A model generated the notes under the pieces. It was not told where the DNA came from and did no database searches. It saw only the letters and a list, made by a program, of their open reading frames with translations. From Parcubacteria group bacterium (GTDB lineage: Bacteria; Patescibacteriota; Minisyncoccia; Phycocordibacterales; CALRBT01): a DNA stretch of 64,000 nt. The stretch is from assembly GCA_943354475.1 (NCBI GenBank), contig CALRBT010000001.1:23807-87806 (forward strand). The letters run 5' to 3'. Each line of letters starts with the position of its first letter. Position 1 is the first letter of the stretch. The translations under genes and the position numbers were made by a program. Shown in pieces: positions 57,877 to 64,000 of this stretch.

Positions 57877-58518
57877 ATGTTAGAACTTGTTATTGAAAAG
57901 CGAGAAGTTGGGGTAAACCTTAATCAGATGCGAAAGGAGGGTAAAATCCCTGCTGTTTTCTATGGTCCAAAGGAAGCATCTACTCCTATTTGGGTTACCA
58001 CCAGTGATTTTACCCGTCTTTGGAAAAAAGCAGGTGAATCTTCAATGGTTACCCTGAAGGGTGTCGGAGAGACACTCGATGCTCTTATCCAAGATGTTGA
58101 TTTTGACCCAATCACCAATGTTATCCGTCATGCTGATTTTTATGTGGTGGAAAAAGGTAAGAAAGTACAGGTTAATGTACCGATTGAGTTCGAAGGTGTC
58201 TCAGGGGCAGTTAAAAACCTCGGCGCTATTCTTGTGAAAGTGCTCCACGAAGTAGAAATTGAAGCGATGCCAAAAGATCTTCCTCATGAGATTATCGTGG
58301 ATATTAGCGCTCTTGAGAATTTTGACTCACAAATCCTAGCTTCCGACCTCAAGCTTCCACAGGGTGTCGTTCTGCTTTCCAATCCTGAAGAAGTGATTGT
58401 CCTTGTGACAGAGCCAAGGGATGAAGAGGTTGAAGATGGAAGCCCTACTGACATTAGCGCCATTGAACTTTCAACCAAGAAAGGAAAGAAAGAGGAGGAA
58501 CCTGAGTCGGCTGAGTAA
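57877..58518 (+). CDS. rplY: 50S ribosomal protein L25 / general stress protein Ctc
   Basis: RKEGKIPAVFYG, HADFY, and a C-terminal acidic extension. Confidence 0.8.
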   Translation: MLELVIEKREVGVNLNQMRKEGKIPAVFYGPKEASTPIWVTTSDFTRLWKKAGESSMVTLKGVGETLDALIQDVDFDPITNVIRHADFYVVEKGKKVQVNVPIEFEGVSGAVKNLGAILVKVLHEVEIEAMPKDLPHEIIVDISALENFDSQILASDLKLPQGVVLLSNPEEVIVLVTEPRDEEVEDGSPTDISAIELSTKKGKKEEEPESAE

Positions 58519-58632
58519 AACTCCTCCATCTAATCTTCAAGTTACATCTTGGCCTAAGAGCCCCATAGAGATTCTCCGATTTGCACCGATAGATAGAGAT
58601 TCTCCGTAGTAATACTGTCAGGTTTTTGTATT

Positions 58633-60069
58633 ATGCACCTCTCATTTTTAAAAAAAATACCACAAAAACAAAAAGATTTTCCCCATCTACCCACTACGAT
58701 TCTATCTTCAATCTTTTCATATAAACTAGTCGTTTTTGCGACCTTATTTTTTGTAGCCTCGCTTCTGTTTTTGAGTGCCCCCTTCCAAACTCTGGCGCAA
58801 TCCCTTACTCCAGAACGTAGAGCACAGCTTGAACAAGAATTGGCACAAACAGAGGCCGAAATAAATGCCCAGAAAATAATACTCAGTGACCGACAAAAGC
58901 AGTCAGTGTCGCTCGAGCGTGATATTGCTATTCTGAACGCAAATATAAGCAAATCAAAACTCAATATCAAGGCCAAAGACACTCAAATTGCCATTCTTAA
59001 TGATGATATTGGGGGCAAGGTAAAAACCATCGGTTCACTTTCAGAGAAAATCAATCGTGAACGAGAATCTATTGCACAACTCCTACGAAAGTCAGAGCAA
59101 ATTTCATCAACCTCTCTTCCTGAAGTTTTGTTCTCGGGTAAAAACCTTTCAGAGTTTTTGGTTGATGTTGACGCATACAGTTCTATCCAAGTATCTCTTC
59201 AAAACTCAACAAAAATAGTTAAAGATGCACGCTCTGATACAGAGGATCAGAAGCTATCCCTCGAGGGAAAGCGTGACAAAGTTATCGACTTACGAAAACA
59301 ACAAGAGGTACTCAAACGTAGTATTGAACAGCAAGAACGCGATAAACAAAAAATCCTAACACAATCGCGAGGTCTTGAGAAAGAGTATAAGAAAGTTTTG
59401 GCTGAAAAAGAAAAACGCGTTGGTGCGATTCGAGCTGAACTCTTCCCGCTACGTGACTCAGGGGAGATTAAGTTTGGTCAAGCACTTGATTATGCAAACA
59501 AGGTGTCGGCCCAAACAGGAATTCGTCCTGCGTTCCTTCTCGCTATTTTTATGCAAGAATCAAGTTTTGGTAAAAATCAAGGCTCCTGTTTACTTAAGGA
59601 TGGTAGTACAGGCTCAGGTATTTCCAAACGTACCGGTAATAGCATTGCTCGGATAATGAAGCCGGATCGTGACGTCGTGCCATTCCTTCGAATCACCGCG
59701 GCGGTTGGTAGAGATCCTTACAATACCCTCGTTTCTTGTCCGCAAGAAGTTGGATGGGGAGGGGCTATGGGTGCTGCACAATTTATTCCATCAACTTGGG
59801 TGCTCTATGAAGCAAGACTTGAATCAGCCCTCGGAGTTAAGGCAGCCGATCCGTGGCGTCCATCGGACGCATTTATGGCCGCAGGACTTTACCTAGCTGA
59901 CCTTGGTGCAGGCTCTCAATCTTATTCAAACGAGCGAAACGCAGCCTGTCGTTACTTCTCTGGTTCAAAGTGTGCCAACTCAACTTGGGCGACAACCTAT
60001 GGGGATCAGGTTATGAAAAAGGCAGCCTCAATCCAGGAAACGATGATTAACCCCATCGAGAATCGCTAA
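58633..60069 (+). CDS. Coiled-coil protein with C-terminal MltB-like lytic transglycosylase domain
   Basis: N-terminal TM helix plus a long coiled coil; the C-terminal GAMGAAQFIPSTW and QESSFG resemble the MltB/Slt35 catalytic domain. Confidence 0.6.
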   Translation: MHLSFLKKIPQKQKDFPHLPTTILSSIFSYKLVVFATLFFVASLLFLSAPFQTLAQSLTPERRAQLEQELAQTEAEINAQKIILSDRQKQSVSLERDIAILNANISKSKLNIKAKDTQIAILNDDIGGKVKTIGSLSEKINRERESIAQLLRKSEQISSTSLPEVLFSGKNLSEFLVDVDAYSSIQVSLQNSTKIVKDARSDTEDQKLSLEGKRDKVIDLRKQQEVLKRSIEQQERDKQKILTQSRGLEKEYKKVLAEKEKRVGAIRAELFPLRDSGEIKFGQALDYANKVSAQTGIRPAFLLAIFMQESSFGKNQGSCLLKDGSTGSGISKRTGNSIARIMKPDRDVVPFLRITAAVGRDPYNTLVSCPQEVGWGGAMGAAQFIPSTWVLYEARLESALGVKAADPWRPSDAFMAAGLYLADLGAGSQSYSNERNAACRYFSGSKCANSTWATTYGDQVMKKAASIQETMINPIENR

Positions 60070-60091
60070 CCCAAGACTTGATTTAAGGTAT

Positions 60092-60119
60092 TTGCAATAC
60101 CCATAATTTCTGGTAGAAT
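60092..60119 (+). promoter_or_regulatory. Sigma70-like promoter candidate for rpmE (TTGCAA-16 bp-TAGAAT), giving a ~4-nt leader
   Basis: -35 at 60092-60097, -10 at 60114-60119, ATG at 60130. Confidence 0.45.
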
Positions 60120-60129
60120 GTCTCCATCT

Positions 60130-60360
60130 ATGAAAATTGATATTCACCCCCAATACAATACCGAAGCCAAGGTTACGTGTGCTTGTGGCAACACCTTCAC
60201 AACAGGCTCAACCAGGAAGGAACTTTCTGTTGAAATTTGTAGTGTTTGCCATCCATTTTATACTGGTGCTACCAGAACACTCGACACTGCCGGACGAGTG
60301 GAGAAATTCAAAGCTCGCGCCTCAAAGGTGGTAGCTCCAAAAGAGAAATCAAAGAAATAA
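60130..60360 (+). CDS. rpmE: 50S ribosomal protein L31
   Basis: [10 protein letters not shown]-terminus, CxCG...CxxCHPFYTG zinc ribbon. Confidence 0.85.
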   Translation: MKIDIHPQYNTEAKVTCACGNTFTTGSTRKELSVEICSVCHPFYTGATRTLDTAGRVEKFKARASKVVAPKEKSKK

Positions 60361-60372
60361 CGGTACAGCAAA

Positions 60373-60412
60373 GCAAAGCCTGAAATCCTCTGATTTTAGG
60401 CTTTGCTTTTTG
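60373..60412 (+). terminator. Rho-independent terminator
   Basis: gcaaagcctgaaatc-ctct-gattttaggctttgc followed by tttttg. Confidence 0.75.
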
Positions 60413-60456
60413 CTTGTCACTGTATTTTTCGTTAAGCTTACTATGTATCCAATTTT

Positions 60457-61437
60457 ATGGCTGTTATCGACTTAGAAATTTACAAAAAAAATCACAAGAC
60501 GCAGTATTTAGCCGAAAGTTTTGAGCGTCTGCTTAAAGAGCGCGTCCAGATAGAAACTGAACTTGCCAAAGATCCTGAATTCAAAGAATTAGCCGAAGAA
60601 GAATTTAAAAATATTGACGCACAACTAACAGCTCTTGAGGGTCAGATGGCTAAGATTATTGAAGAAGACAAAGAGGAAGAGGACTTTCCAAATGAAATTG
60701 TCCTTGAAGTCAGGGCTGGTACTGGTGGAGAAGAAGCGGCCTTTTTTGCTGAGAAATTGGCGGAGATGTACCAACGTTTCGCTGAATCCAAGGGTTGGCA
60801 ATGGAAGACGATGTATGAATCACGCAGTGCCCTTGGAGGATTCAAGGAGGCATCCTTTGAGTTTCGTGGCAAAGACATTTATCGCAAACTCCGCTTTGAG
60901 ACAGGGGTGCATCGTATCCAACGAATTCCCGCAACCGAGAAATCTGGCAGAGTTCACACGTCGACCGCTTCAGTTGCTATTTTGCCCATTAGGATAAAAA
61001 GCAAAATTGAGATTAATCCATCAGACATTGAAATGGAGTTTTCTCGCTCAGGTGGTGCTGGCGGACAGAATGTGAACAAGGTTGAAACTGCAGTACGTCT
61101 CATTCACAAACCGACAGGAATTGATGTTCGTTCGACCGCAGAGCGTAGCCAGCAGAAGAACCGGGAAAAGGCGATGGGAATTTTGATAGCAAAGCTAGAA
61201 GTTCTTAAAGAGGAAGAAGAAGCCAAAAAACACGCCTCAAATCGGAAAAGTCAGATTGGTACTGCAGATCGATCAGAGAAAATCCGCACCTATAATGTAT
61301 TGCAAGACCGCGTCACCGATCACCGCATTAGAGAATCTTGGCATAACATCGAAGGTATTTTTGCAGGGGATATTGAAGATATTGTCGAGAAACTGAACAG
61401 TGCCGATGAATTCAGCGAAGAGTCTTCAGAGGAGTAA
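60457..61437 (+). CDS. prfA: Peptide chain release factor 1
   Basis: PAT tripeptide motif (RIPATE), GGQ ([10 protein letters not shown]), RSQQKN. Confidence 0.85.
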   Translation: MAVIDLEIYKKNHKTQYLAESFERLLKERVQIETELAKDPEFKELAEEEFKNIDAQLTALEGQMAKIIEEDKEEEDFPNEIVLEVRAGTGGEEAAFFAEKLAEMYQRFAESKGWQWKTMYESRSALGGFKEASFEFRGKDIYRKLRFETGVHRIQRIPATEKSGRVHTSTASVAILPIRIKSKIEINPSDIEMEFSRSGGAGGQNVNKVETAVRLIHKPTGIDVRSTAERSQQKNREKAMGILIAKLEVLKEEEEAKKHASNRKSQIGTADRSEKIRTYNVLQDRVTDHRIRESWHNIEGIFAGDIEDIVEKLNSADEFSEESSEE

Positions 61438-61503
61438 TTTTCACCTCTAAAAATCAGAGATAATGATTAATTGAGCGGTAGTGGAAGGGGTACTCCCGTA
61501 GGG

Positions 61504-61532
61504 TTGCCTAGTTTGGCTTAATTTGCTATGCT
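61504..61532 (+). promoter_or_regulatory. Sigma70-like promoter candidate for rpsB (TTGCCT-17 bp-TATGCT), near-leaderless
   Basis: -35 at 61504-61509, -10 at 61527-61532, ATG at 61542. Confidence 0.4.
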
Positions 61533-61541
61533 CTTTAGGTC

Positions 61542-62279
61542 ATGCAAAACACAGAAAATCTATTAGAAAATCAGGTTATTAGCAAAAATCTTGAAGAACT
61601 GTTCAAGGTTGGTGCTCATTATGCTTATGGTAAGAGCCGTCGCCACGCCTCAGCAAAACCCTTTATATTCGGCACCAAAAATCGAACCGAAATATTTGAT
61701 CTTGAGAAGACAAGTCAGTCACTAGAGATTGCACTTGATTTCGTTCGAACACTTGCCGGTGAAGGCAAAACAATCCTCCTCGCTTCTAGTAAGCCAGAAG
61801 CCAAGGAAACTATCACTATGGCGGGTGAATCACTCGGTCTCCCTTATGTTGCTGGTCGCTGGATTGGTGGAACTTTCACCAATACATCAGAGATAAAAAA
61901 ACGCGTTGCAATCCTTGTTGATTTAACTGATAAGAAGGCTAAGGGAGAATTGGTAAAGTACACTAAAAAGGAACGTCTCTTGATCGATCGAAAAATTGCC
62001 AAGCTTGAGAAGATGTACTCAGGGCTTCTAGAAATGAAAGTTCCGCCAGCAGCACTGTTTGTGGTTGATTCAAGAGAAGAGTCTATCGCAGTTGTTGAGG
62101 CTCATCAGATGAATATTCCAGTTATCAGTCTTTCAAACTCTGACTGTAACCTTAAGGAGTTGGATTATGCAATCCCAGGAAACGACAGTGCTAAGGCAAG
62201 TATTACTTTTTTTGTTGGTAAGATTGCAGATGCTTATCGAGAAGGTTTGAAATTGCGAGTAGAAAAAGCAGCTCTCTAA
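61542..62279 (+). CDS. rpsB: 30S ribosomal protein S2
   Basis: VGAHYAYG...KPFIFG...EIFDLEKT and LFVVD motifs; followed by tsf. Confidence 0.85.
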   Translation: MQNTENLLENQVISKNLEELFKVGAHYAYGKSRRHASAKPFIFGTKNRTEIFDLEKTSQSLEIALDFVRTLAGEGKTILLASSKPEAKETITMAGESLGLPYVAGRWIGGTFTNTSEIKKRVAILVDLTDKKAKGELVKYTKKERLLIDRKIAKLEKMYSGLLEMKVPPAALFVVDSREESIAVVEAHQMNIPVISLSNSDCNLKELDYAIPGNDSAKASITFFVGKIADAYREGLKLRVEKAAL

Positions 62280-62346
62280 AGCAATAAGGATTGGTTTTGG
62301 TATCTAGTGTTTTTGATTTTTACATAAGCTTAAATTTTACTTTTAT

Positions 62347-62934
62347 ATGGCATCAATGGATCAAATTAAAGAACTTCGAGACCGAACGGGTATCTCTGTT
62401 ATGCAGTGCGGTAAGGCGCTTGAGGAAGCAGGTGGAGACATGGAGAAGGCTATTATCATTTTGCAAAAAAAAGGGTCAGAAGCTGCTTCTAAAAAACAAG
62501 ATCGAGAATTGGGTGCTGGTGTCGTGAAGTCTTATGTGCACAGTACAGGTACCGTCGGAACACTCGTAGAACTCCACTGTGAGACCGATTTTGTGTCTAA
62601 GAATCCAGAATTTGCCACACTAGCCTATGACATCGCAATGCATATTGCCGCTGCTAGACCAACGTTCCTACAAAAAGGAGATATTTCAGAGGAAGCCAAA
62701 AATCTAGCAAAAGAAGTGTTTATTAAGGAGGTAGAAGGTAAACCAGAAGAGATGAAGGAGAAAATCCTCCAAGGTAAGCTTGACTCATACTTTGCAGACA
62801 AGGTTCTTCTTGATCAGGCTTTTATTAAAAATCCTGACATGACGATTCAGAATCTTATTGATGCTGCAATCCAGAAATTTGGCGAGAAGATTCAGGTAGG
62901 GAAGTTCGTTCGCTTTGATGTCGGTGGTAAATAA
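62347..62934 (+). CDS. tsf: Elongation factor Ts
   Basis: IKELRDRTGISVMQCGKAL N-terminal UBA-like motif and VELHCETDFV. Confidence 0.85.
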   Translation: MASMDQIKELRDRTGISVMQCGKALEEAGGDMEKAIIILQKKGSEAASKKQDRELGAGVVKSYVHSTGTVGTLVELHCETDFVSKNPEFATLAYDIAMHIAAARPTFLQKGDISEEAKNLAKEVFIKEVEGKPEEMKEKILQGKLDSYFADKVLLDQAFIKNPDMTIQNLIDAAIQKFGEKIQVGKFVRFDVGGK

Positions 62935-62937
62935 TAT

Positions 62938-63342
62938 ATGTTAATTGTATTTTTTGTAACACTTTTTTACGTCTCACTTGTTGGGATTTTCTTGTTATTT
63001 TTATTAAAGTATCTTGAGCTAAAGACGGGAAAGAGTATTGTTCCAGAGAATTTTGTTTTAGTAATGGAGAAATTAGCTTTACGGTTTTTCTTAAAGGTTG
63101 CACACCTTAGATTATATCTAACTAAGGAAAATTTGGTACGTGTAACGGGGCCACTACGACAAAAAATAGTAAGGGTTCTTTTGGTTCTGCAGGTCAAGTT
63201 CAATCTTTATTTTTCAAAGATTGTCGACATGGTTCGTGGACAAGGTACGTTAATTAAGCGAGGTAAGTCTTCTAATTTCCTCAACAATGTTGGAGAGTAC
63301 AAGAATCTCGACAAAGGTGAGGGTAGTCACAAGTTTCTTTAA
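62938..63342 (+). CDS. Hypothetical small membrane protein
   Basis: 134-aa ORF with one TM helix, Lys/Arg-rich. Confidence 0.35.
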   Translation: MLIVFFVTLFYVSLVGIFLLFLLKYLELKTGKSIVPENFVLVMEKLALRFFLKVAHLRLYLTKENLVRVTGPLRQKIVRVLLVLQVKFNLYFSKIVDMVRGQGTLIKRGKSSNFLNNVGEYKNLDKGEGSHKFL

Positions 63343-63384
63343 TCACTTTTGTTTTTTAGGATTTTAATGTATGTTGTTTTAGTT

Positions 63385-63457
63385 GCCGCCTTAGCTCAGT
63401 TGGTAGAGCAACGGTTTTGTAAACCGTAGGTCCCCAGTTCAAGCCTGGGAGGCGGCT
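63385..63457 (+). tRNA. tRNA-Thr (anticodon TGT)
   Basis: Acceptor gccgcct/aggcggc, D-arm gctc-agttggta-gagc, anticodon stem acggt/accgt with loop ttTGTaa, T-arm cccag-ttcaagc-ctggg. Confidence 0.85.
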
Positions 63458-63469
63458 CCGTAATAAGGG

Positions 63470-63525
63470 GAAAAATAGAAAACACCCTTGATGTTAGTGT
63501 TCAACATCAAGGGTGTTTTCTATTG
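63470..63525. terminator. Bidirectional terminator (long palindrome)
   Basis: aaatagaaaacacccttgatgtt-agtg-ttcaacatcaagggtgttttctatt. Confidence 0.75.
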
Positions 63526-63528
63526 AGC

Positions 63529-63990
63529 TTAGTTCACATTCTTTTTTGTGGTTGTTGATTTAGTACTGGTGGCACTTTCAAGCAAGGCTTTTTCTTTTTT
63601 GAACTTAGCTATCTCTGGAATGAGCTTTTCCATATCCTCAATACTCTTGAAGCCATAGGTCGCCTTACCACCTATGATGAGGGCAGGTAGGTCAGATTTA
63701 AGGCTGTAGATTGATGCCAGTGTTTTAACGGCAGAGAGGTCAATTTGACTATCAAATGAGTAAATCCTGAGTTGTGGATATTCTGCTCGTAGATAAGTGA
63801 GTACATAGCCTTCTTTTTCACAGAGTGGACAATCACCGGAATTAGAATAGAAGTAAAAGATGACTACAGGTTTCAGGCCGCACTGCTCACTTATTTTCTT
63901 AGTCAAAAGATAGTCTTTGATTTCAAGAAGAGAATAGTAGCGCTTGAGGAAGAGAAGTTCACTGTCATTCTGAGGACGCTCCTTTTCCAT
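63529..63990 (-). CDS. Thioredoxin-fold protein (CPLC motif), hypothetical
   Basis: 153-aa ORF with a CPLC redox-type motif; starts 10 nt from the window edge. Confidence 0.45.
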   Translation of the reverse strand: MEKERPQNDSELLFLKRYYSLLEIKDYLLTKKISEQCGLKPVVIFYFYSNSGDCPLCEKEGYVLTYLRAEYPQLRIYSFDSQIDLSAVKTLASIYSLKSDLPALIIGGKATYGFKSIEDMEKLIPEIAKFKKEKALLESATSTKSTTTKKNVN

Positions 63991-64000
63991 GTAGGTGAGC

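Overview
The window is AT-rich (~38% GC), standard code (TGA still used as a stop, e.g. rpiB; both prfA and prfB present), and mostly + strand. Small genes, tRNA-embedded introns and a streamlined gene set suggest a Patescibacteria/CPR-like genome, which is an inference only. Main content in order: (i) a tRNA-rich 5' region (1-2400) with initiator tRNA-fMet, tRNA-Met(CAT), a free-standing LAGLIDADG homing-endonuclease gene abutting a putative tRNA-Asp split by a ~220-nt group I intron, and dense hairpin/repeat clusters; (ii) housekeeping blocks: prfB-ftsE-ftsX, pyrG, msrB-msrA, argS, folD, malic enzyme, gap, rpiB, rpe, split transketolase, fba, sppA, rplY, rpmE, prfA, rpsB-tsf, and tRNA-Thr x3 and tRNA-Gln; (iii) an accessory locus 20.4-29.5 kb encoding a 1262-aa secreted polymorphic toxin (transglutaminase-like domain with the catalytic Cys replaced by Asp, C-terminal barnase-like RNase domain), an SMI1/KNR4 (SUKH) immunity gene, and a 1546-aa surface protein with squalene-cyclase-like repeats and five tandem FN3-like repeats; (iv) a dispersed ~120-170-bp intergenic repeat (four copies), each sitting in the loop of a locus-specific inverted-repeat terminator-like stem just downstream of a gene; (v) partial tRNA 3'-end duplicates beside three tRNA genes; and (vi) several short GC-rich (52-63%) islands, three of which carry single hypothetical genes. 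All coordinates are hand-counted, so small features may be off by 1-3 nt.
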